Shown: positions 11,724-22,759 of the stretch, piece after piece
Numbering within the stretch: position 1 is the first letter of the stretch
How the letters are laid out: every line of letters starts with the position of its first letter
From: Oculina patagonica
Lineage: Eukaryota
Direction: 5' to 3'
NCBI RefSeq assembly: GCF_052425735.1
Contig: NC_135768.1
Span: 6,820,001 to 6,884,000 of the forward strand
DNA length: 64,000 nucleotides
Program-made: the position numbers and the translations under genes
The notes under the pieces: generated by a model
Databases searched by the model: none
Told to the model about the DNA's origin: nothing
Seen by the model: only the letters and a program-made list of their open reading frames with translations

Positions 11724-12204
11724 TTTTTTTTTTTGGAAGCACTAATCCACCTGTTCTAAGAAATTTATCATATTCACCCCATGATCCTATTACTGGAGGA
11801 GATCTGTAAGATAATACATCTTTCTTACTTGGTAGTTTGATTTTACCACCGTTTTTTGATCTTTGTTTTCTAATGTTTGGTGATGGATAATAAGGGTATT
11901 CTATTTGCATTCCTGTACCTCCTTGATTATCAGGAGTGACTTGAATTCCTTTTCCAATCACCTTTCGAATTTTACTTATTTGTGTTTTAGATAAACTCAA
12001 TGTAATCCCTTTACCCTTACTTTTTAGTTTATTATACCGTGTTATTTGTCTTTCTGTAAGGTATAACTCAGTATTACCCTTCTTTTTGATCTGATTCTTG
12101 TTAATTAATAAACTGATTTCACTTGAATTTTTGATTGCTCTGGCTAGCTTTTTTATTTGACCTTCTGAAAGAGGAATATATGTTGAAATATATTTTGTGC
12201 TCAT
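11719..12204 (-). CDS. Basic Polinton core (pVII-like) protein
   Basis: Lys/Arg-rich; LSEGQIKKLARA start; several GxG/GG motifs; lies between MCP and protease. Confidence 0.65.
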   Translation of the reverse strand: MSTKYISTYIPLSEGQIKKLARAIKNSSEISLLINKNQIKKKGNTELYLTERQITRYNKLKSKGKGITLSLSKTQISKIRKVIGKGIQVTPDNQGGTGMQIEYPYYPSPNIRKQRSKNGGKIKLPSKKDVLSYRSPPVIGSWGEYDKFLRTGGLVLPKKKI

Positions 12205-13330
12205 AGTCTTGCTCTATATATAATAGTGTTAGATTAAATATTACGTAACAATAAATGTAAAATTTAATATGAATTAGATTTTTTCATATCATAATTTATA
12301 CCACAATAAGTTCATTCCCAATTTTATCAATTACGATTCTTTCCTCATAAAGAACTACAGCGTAAATCATATATTGGTCAGTAGCTTGTACATTCAATCG
12401 ATAATGAAACAATAACTGTTTTGGATCATCAGTAACCGATTCCTTATGATTTCTTAAATCGAAATAGATAACAGGAAATAATTCAGAATAATTTTGTAAA
12501 TTTAACTGAGTTCCTGTATTGTAGTCGTTGGTTCTGAATGCATATTCTTGAATGTCATTATATAATCTTGGTTTAAAATCACAATCATACTCTAGTTCTG
12601 GAGTAAAATATGAATTCCCAAGTTGCAATCGACAGGTAGATAATTTACATGCATCATCGCCCGAATTTACTTTAAAAGTATCAAAAATGAAGGGGTTTTC
12701 TAGTTCATTATTACTCTTGTTTCTTTGCAGATATACAAAAACATGTTTTGCATTTTTAATAGCTGGTGTAATTTGATATACCCCAGAAATAGCAGTTGTT
12801 GGTGATGAATGCTTAATAAACTCCCTTAAATATGTCCATTTTGATGCTGTTAAAAAGGTATTATTAACTAATTTTTGTCCAGCTGATGTAAAGTTCAAAC
12901 GTGGTAGCCATAACTGAAAATCTAGAACCACATATCGAGTTTCATCACCCGCAACACGATAAATGAACTCTCTGTCATCATTTAATGTTATATTTAGCTC
13001 GATTTGCATAGGGGGAAGCATTTTGTCGCGGAGTTCTTGAAAAAATGAAAAACGATTTAACGGAATGCTTGCGTATACGTCTTTTGATTGTGAACACAAT
13101 TCAGCTCTTTTAATTGCTCCTACTTTTGGGGCTTCTCTCATATCACCTGCTAATACTCTATCGTCGAGATACCAATTGAAATTAGTACCAATGGTGTTAG
13201 CATAGTCCTGCGAAAATTCAAGCAATCCTTTTATGAAAGAAATTTTATGTAGGTCATTACCATCGTACACTTTTTTACCTCCACTGGTTATCATTACGTG
13301 ATTGATCATACTGGTACTATCATTGATCGT

Positions 13331-16300
13331 TGTCATAAATTATGTAATTTAACTACGTCACAATGCGCGCGACATGTAATTAAATACAACAACAATAAAG
13401 AAAGAAGACGTTACGTTTACTCGTCTTATTTTGTCGTTACAACATTAACAGTTGTAACATTGGTGCCGGGACCAGCGCGGACAAGATATAATGAGCGAAG
13501 AAGAAATAAAGAAATGGAGATCCATCCGAGGAGCATACAAGGGACACTGCACCCAAGATTTCAAAAGAGCGGAAAAACTAATAACTTCGGAGACTCCAGA
13601 TCAAGCAGAATTGGAGGCGCTGGTGGACAGGCTCACGCGAAGAGCCGAAGAAATAGCACGCATGGATGCCAAAATCGTGATGTCCTTGGAGACAGAAGAG
13701 GACATACAACTAGACACAGAAACGGCGTTGTCGTTCCAAGACGACATATCATACTGGCAATTCAGAATCGGACGACTCCTTAGGACAAAACAAGACACGT
13801 CGGTGAGCCAATTCCATTATAGTAGTTTAAAACAAGAACCCGCCCCACGAATGCATATCAATTTACCTAAAATAAACATAAAATCATTCGGAGGAGACCC
13901 TCTTCAATGGTTCACATTCTGGGACAGCTTTAGCGCAGCTATTGATAAAAATCACGGACTAAGCGATATTGAAAAAATGAACTACTTAAATGGAATGCTT
14001 AAGGGAGAAGCGGCGCGCGCTATCTCTGGACTGCCACTGACTGAAGAAAATTATAAAAAAGCAATTGAGCTATTAAAGGAGCGCTTCGGCAAACCACAAA
14101 TTTTGACGAACGCTTACATGGAGTCCTTATCCAAGATCGACGCGCCATCAGCTGACACCAAAAATCTCAGAACATTTTACGACACCTGCGAGGCAAACAT
14201 TCGCGGTTTAGAGGCACTTGGAGTAAAAACAGAAACTTATGGAAGCTTATTGATTCCCATACTTCTAAAGAAAATACCCGAAGAAATTCGGTACTCAATA
14301 TTCAGAGCTGACCCTTCAGCGGACAGTTCCCTAGACAGATTGAGAATCGCCATGCGACAGGAAATCGAAACTCGCGAAAAGGGCCATATGTCGTCTCCAA
14401 AACCAACCACAGAGGACGAAGTGCTTGTGCCAACAGCTGGTGCTCTACTAACCGGTACACAACAACGACACAGAACTTACAACGCCACACAAAAGACACC
14501 TAGGCCTTGCACATACTGTGCAGGAACACATCGACCTGACAAGTGCGCCAAGATTAAAACAGTAGAGGAACGACGATCCTTACTTCAGAGCCAACAGCGC
14601 TGCCTTAACTGTCTTGGTCTCAACCACACAAAAATCCAATGTTTCTCAAAGGGGCGATGTATGAAATGTAAGAAAAAACACCACACTTCAATTTGTGATG
14701 AAAACCAAGAAAATACAACCCAAAACGCTTCTAGTCAACTAAAGGAAGACAAAGGGCCGAAGAATGATCACCTATCAGCGGATTCCGTGTCGAAGAACAG
14801 AACCCACATGGGAGCAACGCATGTACTCCCTTCTAAAGCTCATATCCTGATGCAATCCGCCGTTACGAAAATAAGTGGAAGCAATAAACAGTACTATCAA
14901 GCTCGCATCCTATTTGACACAGGATCACAAAGAACCTTTATCACTCAGGAGATGAAACACAAACTTAAACTAGGAACAATGAGAAGCGAACTTTTAGATG
15001 TGACGACATTCGGTACACTTCAAGGCAGGAGAAAAACATACGACCTTGTGGCACTGACATTGTCAACAGACGTAGAAGATATCAAAATAACAGCCCTAGT
15101 AACTCCAGTTATTTGTCCACCACTATCGGCTAAGGTGAAAAATTTACAGATACCGCCGGAATTACAAGGACTTAAACTTGCTGATCCTTCACATGCATCA
15201 GAAAATCTTAAAGTAGACATAATTATTGGCAACGACTATTACGGTCAACTGATCACCGGAAAAGTAATAAAAACCCAAAACGAAGCCTTAATCGCTATGG
15301 AAAGCAAATTTGGATGGCTTCTCTCAGGTCCCATTTACAAAGGGAAGAACAGTCAAAGCAATTTAACCACCCTATGTCAAAGGGTAGAAATCATGCCAGT
15401 AGAGGACGAAAAGCTCGACAATCTACTAACCAAGTTCTGGGAAATCAACCAAATACCAGAAGAAAACAAACAAGACGAAGAAATCATCAGAAAGTTTCAA
15501 GAAACTATCTGGTTTAACGAAGCAACCGGTAGATATAACGTAAAACTCCCATGGAAGCTAAACAAACACGATCTACCAGCAAATTACAATTTGAGCAAGA
15601 GCAGACTGAGCAGCTTACAAAACAGTCTAAACAGGAAAGACCCAGAACTTATAACGAAGTATAACGAACAACTCCTTGAACAACTTAACCTCGGGTTCAT
15701 AGAAAAAGTCCAAAACCTCGATCATCGCGAAGGTGTTTTACACTACATGCCACACTTCCCAGTTTTCAAATCAGAAAGCGCGACAACAAAAATGCGAATA
15801 GTTTATGACGCTTCTGCCAGAATGTCACCTAAATCACCGAGCCTCAATGATTGTCTACATACTGGGCCAAATCTGATGCAAGATTTAACAGGCATTCTCT
15901 TAAAATTCAGAACACACAAACAGGCCTTCTCTGCAGATATAGAAAAGGCCTTCTTACAGATCGAACTGAACTCCCTAGACAGAGACGCAACGAGATTCCT
16001 GTGGCTTAAAGATATCAATCAACCCGTTGACAGTAAAAACAACTTGGAGGCTTACAGATTTTGCCGAGTTCTATTTGGAGCGACACCCTCGCCCTTTCTG
16101 CTGAACGCAACAATACAATATCACCTAAGTCAAAAGGACGATTGGGTAGCACGGGACCTCATGAAGAACATGTATATGGATAACGTGATAACCGGAACTG
16201 ACTGCGATAATAAGTCCTTAGGATATTACTCATTATCGAAAAGGTACCTTCGAGAAGCAGGTATGAATCTACGCCAATGGACTTCTAACTCAGACGCTCT

Positions 16301-19097
16301 AAATCGCAAAGCACAAGAAGATCATATACAAGCAGCTCCAACAACAAAAATCTTGGGACTCACCTGGAATTCAACAAGTGACACGCTCTCACTTTCAATC
16401 GAGAAAATGATCAGAGAAAGAGATGCTATCACAAAAACAACAAAACGAACAACACTAAGCTTCGCATCAAAACTGTTTGACCCGCTCGGCTTCGTGGAAC
16501 CTATTACAGTAAAGGCAAAGATTATGCTTCAAGACCTGTGGAAACAAACCTTAAGTTGGGATGAACGTCTACCAGACGAACAAAAAGAACAGTGGCTAAA
16601 ATGGATTGATGATATCCACAATTTAACCTCAATTGAAGTACCCAGACAGTACTTCTTCGTAAACGTTACAAAAACTCAATTGCACATATTTTGTGACAGC
16701 AGTCAACAGGCTTACGGAGCGGTCGCTTACTTAAGAGGATTGTCAGCTGACAACGGAATACACACTGCATTCCTTATGGGTAAAACCAGAGTCGCACCCT
16801 TGAAAACGACGACACTACCACGACTAGAGCTATTAGCAGCACTCTTGGGAGCAAAACTATTCCAATACCTAAACAAAACCTTAGAGCTTGTAAACAGCAG
16901 TGAAGTTATATACTGGAGTGATTCACAAATTGTGTTATCTTGGTTATCTTCCAACAAACAACTAAAACAATTTGTTCGAACTCGAGTTCACAAGATACAA
17001 GAAATCACATCATCCCAAACTTGGAGGTTTTGCCCAACGTCTATGAACCCAGCTGACTTGATAACCCGTGGAGTAAGCACTATTACATTCAACGATAAGA
17101 AAAAACTATGGTTTGGGGGACCTCCATGGCTTAGCGAACCAGAGGAACAATGGCCTCCATATCCCCAAAATTTATTTCATGAAGCACTTCGAAGCTTACA
17201 AATGGAAATTGTCACAAACGTCGCAGATGATCCAAATATACTAAACATCATTGACATAACAAGATACAGCAACCTAATCCATCTACTCAGAGTCACTGCC
17301 CGCGTTATCAACTTCGCAAGAAAATGGAGAAAAAGAAAAGTATACAGTGAAACTTTTACAGCGAAAGAAATCGTGGAAGCCAGGAATGTCTTGCTGAAAG
17401 CTACTCAACATAAAATCTACAGACAAGAAATTTCATACCTGAAGAACAAAGACAAATCCAAACAACCTGCCATCATACGACAACTCGATCTTTATCTTGA
17501 CAATGAAGATATCATACGCTGTCGTGGTAGACTACAGTATACAGATCTGCCTCATGACACAAAATTTCCTATCCTCATACCAAAGGACAACTACTTAACT
17601 ACACTCATCGTCCATTCCATGCATAAGCAGGTAATGCATGGTGGAGTCCGAGAAACATTTACTCACATCAGACAAACATATTGGATACCTCAAGGTCGAC
17701 AACTCGTAAAAAGAATCATAACAAAATGCGTAACATGCAGAAAAGTGGAAGGACCACCCTTTCGCTCTGTACCCACACCACCGTTACCACAATCAAGAGT
17801 CCAACAATCCCAAGTATTTCAATTTACAGGGATCGATTACGCAGGACCTCTATATGTCCGCGACCAGACAAATCAAACCTCATCTAAAATGTACATATGT
17901 CTTTTCACATGTGCGGTAGTAAGAGCCATACACCTTGAATTAGTAGAAGATCAGACCACCGATGCTTTCCTTAGAGCATTCAGACGATTCATAAGCCGTC
18001 GAGGAGTTCCGGAGTGTATCATTTCAGACAATGCAAAAACTTTCAAAGCCGGAGCTCAAGAACTTCAAACAATCAAAACTCAAATTCTTGGAACAGGTTC
18101 ATCCCAACAGTTCCTCGCTCATCACAACATAACTTGGAAATTCATCACTGAAAGAGCTCCGTGGTGGGGAAGATTTTACGAGCGGCTTATTGGTCTAATG
18201 AAAAGACGTCTAAAGAAAACTCTGGGGAAAGCCTGCCTAAACATGATTGAACTAAACACAATACTTACTGAAGTAGAAGCAGTGCTAAACAGCCGACCCT
18301 TAACATACCCTTACACAGACATCAACGATGCCTCTCCTCTGACGCCATCACATTTCTTATGTGGATACCGTCTCCTAACATTACCAGACACGAATGCTAA
18401 AGAAAACGAAGCAGATCCAGACTATATTCCATCTGAGATGTCAACAAAAGCACTGATAAAAAGAGCTCAGTATCAGAAAACACTAATAAACGCCTTCTGG
18501 ACACAATGGAAAACTGAATATCTGACAAGTCTGCGAGAACATCACACTTGTCGAAAGAGAATAGAAAACAAAAAGACAGTTGCTATTGGAGATGTTGTTC
18601 TCATACACGATAGCACACCACGAAACCAATGGAAAATAGGTGTGGTAACTAGCCTACACACGGGGAAAGACGGACTCGCAAGATCTGTATCTCTAAGAGT
18701 ACCTTCTGGAAAGGAACTATCACGACCTATAGAGAAACTTTATCCGTTAGAGATGTCAGACATACCGACTAACAAAAACATAGAAAAAGCTCCTGAAAAT
18801 GATATACAACGTCCTCCTTTACGACTTGCCGCTCAGAAGGCAGCACAGAGAATCAAGGAACAAATAGAATAACCACTGATATTGAAGGAAACAATATAAG
18901 ACATTTCTTTTACTCTTTACACATGAATGTATACTATATTTTCAGCTTATGTTGTCGGCCCGGGAGAGTGTCATAAATTATGTAATTTAACTACGTCACA
19001 ATGCGCGCGACATGTAATTAAATACAACAACAATAAAGAAAGAAGACGTTACGTTTACTCGTCTTATTTTGTCGTTACAACATTAACAGTTGTAACA
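13331..19097 (+). mobile_element. BEL/Pao LTR retrotransposon 1, intact
   Basis: 129-bp LTRs 13331-13459 and 18969-19097, identical by eye, TG..CA; TSD ATCGT; PBS tggtgccgggacc (tRNA-His-like); purine tract before 3' LTR. Confidence 0.97.
13491..18872 (+). CDS. BEL/Pao Gag-Pol polyprotein
   Basis: Gag with three zinc knuckles, protease LFDTGS, RT ADIEKAF/YMDN, RNase H IFCDSS, integrase GIDYAGP/ISDNAKTF. Confidence 0.96.
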   Translation: MSEEEIKKWRSIRGAYKGHCTQDFKRAEKLITSETPDQAELEALVDRLTRRAEEIARMDAKIVMSLETEEDIQLDTETALSFQDDISYWQFRIGRLLRTKQDTSVSQFHYSSLKQEPAPRMHINLPKINIKSFGGDPLQWFTFWDSFSAAIDKNHGLSDIEKMNYLNGMLKGEAARAISGLPLTEENYKKAIELLKERFGKPQILTNAYMESLSKIDAPSADTKNLRTFYDTCEANIRGLEALGVKTETYGSLLIPILLKKIPEEIRYSIFRADPSADSSLDRLRIAMRQEIETREKGHMSSPKPTTEDEVLVPTAGALLTGTQQRHRTYNATQKTPRPCTYCAGTHRPDKCAKIKTVEERRSLLQSQQRCLNCLGLNHTKIQCFSKGRCMKCKKKHHTSICDENQENTTQNASSQLKEDKGPKNDHLSADSVSKNRTHMGATHVLPSKAHILMQSAVTKISGSNKQYYQARILFDTGSQRTFITQEMKHKLKLGTMRSELLDVTTFGTLQGRRKTYDLVALTLSTDVEDIKITALVTPVICPPLSAKVKNLQIPPELQGLKLADPSHASENLKVDIIIGNDYYGQLITGKVIKTQNEALIAMESKFGWLLSGPIYKGKNSQSNLTTLCQRVEIMPVEDEKLDNLLTKFWEINQIPEENKQDEEIIRKFQETIWFNEATGRYNVKLPWKLNKHDLPANYNLSKSRLSSLQNSLNRKDPELITKYNEQLLEQLNLGFIEKVQNLDHREGVLHYMPHFPVFKSESATTKMRIVYDASARMSPKSPSLNDCLHTGPNLMQDLTGILLKFRTHKQAFSADIEKAFLQIELNSLDRDATRFLWLKDINQPVDSKNNLEAYRFCRVLFGATPSPFLLNATIQYHLSQKDDWVARDLMKNMYMDNVITGTDCDNKSLGYYSLSKRYLREAGMNLRQWTSNSDALNRKAQEDHIQAAPTTKILGLTWNSTSDTLSLSIEKMIRERDAITKTTKRTTLSFASKLFDPLGFVEPITVKAKIMLQDLWKQTLSWDERLPDEQKEQWLKWIDDIHNLTSIEVPRQYFFVNVTKTQLHIFCDSSQQAYGAVAYLRGLSADNGIHTAFLMGKTRVAPLKTTTLPRLELLAALLGAKLFQYLNKTLELVNSSEVIYWSDSQIVLSWLSSNKQLKQFVRTRVHKIQEITSSQTWRFCPTSMNPADLITRGVSTITFNDKKKLWFGGPPWLSEPEEQWPPYPQNLFHEALRSLQMEIVTNVADDPNILNIIDITRYSNLIHLLRVTARVINFARKWRKRKVYSETFTAKEIVEARNVLLKATQHKIYRQEISYLKNKDKSKQPAIIRQLDLYLDNEDIIRCRGRLQYTDLPHDTKFPILIPKDNYLTTLIVHSMHKQVMHGGVRETFTHIRQTYWIPQGRQLVKRIITKCVTCRKVEGPPFRSVPTPPLPQSRVQQSQVFQFTGIDYAGPLYVRDQTNQTSSKMYICLFTCAVVRAIHLELVEDQTTDAFLRAFRRFISRRGVPECIISDNAKTFKAGAQELQTIKTQILGTGSSQQFLAHHNITWKFITERAPWWGRFYERLIGLMKRRLKKTLGKACLNMIELNTILTEVEAVLNSRPLTYPYTDINDASPLTPSHFLCGYRLLTLPDTNAKENEADPDYIPSEMSTKALIKRAQYQKTLINAFWTQWKTEYLTSLREHHTCRKRIENKKTVAIGDVVLIHDSTPRNQWKIGVVTSLHTGKDGLARSVSLRVPSGKELSRPIEKLYPLEMSDIPTNKNIEKAPENDIQRPPLRLAAQKAAQRIKEQIE

Positions 19098-19371
19098 ATC
19101 GTAGACGTTAATACTGGGGTTTGTAAATTATTGGCTACAATATTAGCTCCATCTGCCTTTTTTTGAAGTTTATATTTCACGATAATGTATCCATTATACC
19201 AATCAAACCAAGAAGAACGATCAGTCATATTGAATATATAGCCTGTTTTTTCCTGGTATAAGCCATTTGCCGGCTGAATAATAGGCGTAGATAAATTGAA
19301 CCTTAGATAATCTGTTTTTGCAACATTGTCTATGCTTCTAAAACTCATTATATATTATTAGTTTAGATAAT

Positions 19372-19617
19372 TTACTTCAACTGTGCTAATCGTTTCAAAA
19401 TAAGATCCCCAGCTTTTTCACTTCTATTTAACACGGTTTTTAAACTTTTCTTTTGTGCTTTGATTATTGGTGATTTATTGATATCTTTTACCATTTTTTT
19501 AGAATATTGTCCGATATTTGATAAATCATTAGTTATTAAACCTGATCCTTTATGACGATATTGATATAAACCTTTTTTAGGGTTATAAAATTTTGACCAT
19601 TCGTATACTCGATTCAT
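19372..19617 (-). CDS. Small basic Polinton virion-block protein
   Basis: 81 aa; KGSG motif; TCTA motif upstream; tightly packed between penton and MCP. Confidence 0.65.
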   Translation of the reverse strand: MNRVYEWSKFYNPKKGLYQYRHKGSGLITNDLSNIGQYSKKMVKDINKSPIIKAQKKSLKTVLNRSEKAGDLILKRLAQLK

Positions 19618-19636
19618 TTTATATTATTAGTTTAGA

Positions 19637-20407
19637 TTAATTCACCTCTTTGATAACGATATGAAACGCCGTATCGATTTCATTTAAATCAATGGGACGA
19701 TTATGCGAATCGGTTATGTACGGTCTAATTGAATCAATACTATTTTTATTTATTGGTGAAAATTTCAGGCGTTTAGGTTCAAGGGTGAAAGGGAATGATC
19801 TACGGATTCCTTGTGCTATTATACTAAAACAAAATAATACATCTCTTGATTCATCTGTTAAGGATCTACTGGTTAAATCAGTATGAATACATATCATATC
19901 AACGCTCCTCGTCAAATCGGGTATATGGTCACTGATATTACTTCCAGAAGTTAAATTTTTCTTATCAAAACCCAGAATCATATTGAAGTCTGATACAGAT
20001 AGATCCAGCTCATAATTTGGCTGTATGGTTATTATTGCTTTGAATAATGATAAATCAAACTTTACTTCAAATATATAATTATCATCATCGGATTTACCCA
20101 CTGCATTTTTTAAAAAAGTATCGATGTCACTATATGAATACATGCCATCTGGAAAAACGATATCTTTAAAACTTGTATCACTACCTGTTGTTTTTCGATA
20201 TCTTAATTTATTGTTACCGAATGATGCTGTCACGTTATACCAGCTATACGTCATACTGATTATTTCGTCCAACGCCATTTCATAATTTTTGTTTGGATCT
20301 AGGAATAAAGGCTGGTCAAGATAAATTGTAAAATCATGTGCTTTCTGATTATAATTATTGGCTTGTCTTTTCGCCCTGAATGAACTAAGTATTAAATGTT
20401 TCTCCAT
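19637..20407 (-). CDS. Minor capsid protein (penton, single jelly-roll)
   Basis: FTIYLDQPLFL..YEMALDEI; IHTDL; FSPINKNSIDSIRPYITDSHNRPIDLN, typical of Polinton penton. Confidence 0.85.
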   Translation of the reverse strand: MEKHLILSSFRAKRQANNYNQKAHDFTIYLDQPLFLDPNKNYEMALDEIISMTYSWYNVTASFGNNKLRYRKTTGSDTSFKDIVFPDGMYSYSDIDTFLKNAVGKSDDDNYIFEVKFDLSLFKAIITIQPNYELDLSVSDFNMILGFDKKNLTSGSNISDHIPDLTRSVDMICIHTDLTSRSLTDESRDVLFCFSIIAQGIRRSFPFTLEPKRLKFSPINKNSIDSIRPYITDSHNRPIDLNEIDTAFHIVIKEVN

Positions 20408-20419
20408 TATATGTTTAAT

Positions 20420-21442
20420 TTAGATAAAATAGTTGTTATAAATTTTTTCATATAGACGCTTTGTAATTCTTTTCATTCTTAACAGTTCATCCAATATTGT
20501 AATACCTTGGTTTTTTAATTCATAACTCGTATTTCCAGCGGATATGCTTCCACAAATTATATCCAATTTTTCAATAAGTTTTTCAGGGTCTCTGTAATAA
20601 ATAGCCTTATAATTATGGGCTAGACCACTACCTTCCCACTCATCTTCTTCTCTATCAGAATCAGGCGCTGTGTCCCTTCTCATACCCTCTATCTTATCAA
20701 ATAATGATTTCTCTATAGTTGGTTTTTTCTTATATTTAGTTTTACGGGGGGTCTTTTTTAATTTTTTTGATTTTTCCTGTAAATCCGAAGCTGAGAAAGG
20801 AACTTTTTTGTATTCCATCCTTTGCTTTTTTTGACTAGTTAGTAACAGCCGATCTTCAATTCTATTAATTTTTTTTGTAAAATCTTCAGATAGTCCCAAC
20901 AGCTCATCATATGACTTTCCTTCATATTTACCTGATTTGATAAAATCTTCACCACTTTTTGAGAGCTTCCCTAATAAAACGTTGACGCGACGTCTTTCTT
21001 CAGCTAGATATTTGCGTTCATTATCTAATTTCTTTTGATCAGCCTTTTTGATAGAGCTAGGTGTCCATTCTTTTCTCTTCCGTTCTATTGATGGTGGTGG
21101 TTCAAAATCGGGCATTTCATCTTCATCTTCATCTTCTGTTTGAGCTTCATCAATTGGTGGCGGTGGTTCAAAATCGGGTATTTCATCTTCATTCATATCT
21201 TCTGGTTCACTTGGATATTCTGGAAGAGGATCATCCTCTTTTACCCCTTTATTTTCTAACTTTTTAGTTGCTTCAATTTGAGTGTCGATACGAGATGTTA
21301 CTGGTTTAAACATTTTTATGAATTTGATTTGTCCTAATTCATCTGCCAATTTTGAAGACATTATTTGATTATTAATATTTTTGATTTGATTTTCAACTTC
21401 TTCTTTTTGTTCAGCAATTTTTTGCCAAGCTAATAAACTCAT
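20420..21442 (-). CDS. Polinton virion-block protein with proline-rich + WH2-central-acidic (WASP-like) region and C-terminal AGN domain
   Basis: PDFEPPPP and PDFEPPP; SASDLQEKSKKLKKT; SLFDKIEGMRR; DSDREEDEWE; then GSG and DPEKLIEKL..SISAGN..ILDEL domain common in Polintons. Confidence 0.75.
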   Translation of the reverse strand: MSLLAWQKIAEQKEEVENQIKNINNQIMSSKLADELGQIKFIKMFKPVTSRIDTQIEATKKLENKGVKEDDPLPEYPSEPEDMNEDEIPDFEPPPPIDEAQTEDEDEDEMPDFEPPPSIERKRKEWTPSSIKKADQKKLDNERKYLAEERRRVNVLLGKLSKSGEDFIKSGKYEGKSYDELLGLSEDFTKKINRIEDRLLLTSQKKQRMEYKKVPFSASDLQEKSKKLKKTPRKTKYKKKPTIEKSLFDKIEGMRRDTAPDSDREEDEWEGSGLAHNYKAIYYRDPEKLIEKLDIICGSISAGNTSYELKNQGITILDELLRMKRITKRLYEKIYNNYFI

Positions 21443-21470
21443 TTATATATATTAGTGTAGATTATTATCG

Positions 21471-21525
21471 GTCTTCCAGAAGTCTTTCATTAGTCTTTCA
21501 TCAGTCTTCCAGAAGTCTTTCATAT
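21471..21525 (+). repeat. Five 11-bp direct repeats in the divergent promoter region
   Basis: gtcttccagaa, gtctttcatta, gtctttcatca, gtcttccagaa, gtctttcatat. Confidence 0.85.
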
Positions 21526-21546
21526 TATATAATTAAATAATATAAT

Positions 21547-22182
21547 ATGAAGATACCAAATTATGACTGTAAAGACGAAATGGTCTCAAACTTTAGGCAA
21601 CTATACGATTTTATGCCAAATCAATGTTTTCGGATGCTGGTTTGCGGACCAAGTGGCTCGGGAAAGACTAATACACTCATGCATATGATATACAATCTAT
21701 TGTATTATGATAAAGTTTATCTATATGCTAAAAACTTAGACCAGTCCAAATACCAGAATCTTATGGATATGTTCAAGCCAATAAGTAATGAAGCTGGTTA
21801 TGATGTTATTGAAGCCAGTAATGACCAAATAATTCCTGTTTCTGATCTAAACGATGATAATCAAAAACTCGCGATATTCGACGATTTTGTTTGTGAAAAA
21901 AATCAAAAGCCTCTGATTGATTATTTCATAAGAGGAAGACACAAAAATTGCTCCGTCGTATATATATCCCAAAGCTACTTTAAAACACCAAAAGACATAA
22001 GATTAAACTGTTCACATTTCTCTATTTACGAATTCCCAAGTGCTAATGAGAGGGCTCTGATATGTCGTGAGAATAGTATTCCAAAAGAGCTATACGAGAA
22101 AGCAACTAAAGACCCATTTAGCTTTATATATATCGATAAGCCACGTAAATACGTGACCAAAAATTTCGATGAGAAGATTTAA
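21547..22182 (+). CDS. A32/FtsK-like genome packaging ATPase
   Basis: Walker A GPSGSGKT, Walker B LAIFDD, RGRHKN, SQSY..IRLN. Confidence 0.95.
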   Translation: MKIPNYDCKDEMVSNFRQLYDFMPNQCFRMLVCGPSGSGKTNTLMHMIYNLLYYDKVYLYAKNLDQSKYQNLMDMFKPISNEAGYDVIEASNDQIIPVSDLNDDNQKLAIFDDFVCEKNQKPLIDYFIRGRHKNCSVVYISQSYFKTPKDIRLNCSHFSIYEFPSANERALICRENSIPKELYEKATKDPFSFIYIDKPRKYVTKNFDEKI

Positions 22183-22759
22183 TCTAACATATTAAGAGAG
22201 AAAAATGGGATTCATTAACGATGAACATGAATTTATAACTACCAAATATTCTCAAAATATAAAAACTGGAAGACCCGGAATTGGTTTTAAACTGACAGCT
22301 TCTGGTGATTATGATATGGACAAGAAGAAAATATTCGGTCTAAAAACTCAGGATGACGTAGCCTTTGAATCTGATGATTATCCTGAGGATTTGGGTAGTG
22401 CTATTAATAAGAGATATCTAAAACAAAATTGTTTAACGAAAGCCAAAAATGGAATCGATTTTGATGCTAGACAAGGTAATATACACAATACAGAAAATTG
22501 GTATCCCGGTCTATACGGACCGACTAGTCTTGTATCGAAGCAATATGTTGACATGAGAGATACCGATCTTAAAACTGAATTCGACACCAAACTCACTAAT
22601 AAAGCAGACAAATCATGCACTGATAATACATATTTAACCAAAAATACCGGAGCTATTTTATCCAGCAGTATTCAGAGTAAGGCTTCGAAGGTATATGTAG
22701 ACAGTACTTTTCTAACTAAATCCGTTGGTAATGGCTTAGCTCAGAGCATACAAAATAGG

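Larger units (their letters stand above)
12296..19348 (-). pseudogene. Major capsid protein (double jelly-roll), split by a BEL/Pao element (join 19348-19098, 13325-12296; 426 aa)
   Basis: Rejoins in frame as VLTSTINDSTSMINH; size, position and motifs (IPLNRFSFF, PVIYFDL) fit Polinton MCP. Confidence 0.85.

Noticed and set aside
13298-13783. 161-aa ORF, and the 18927-19166 ORF
   Set aside because: Read through LTR sequence and off-frame gag; no independent coding signal
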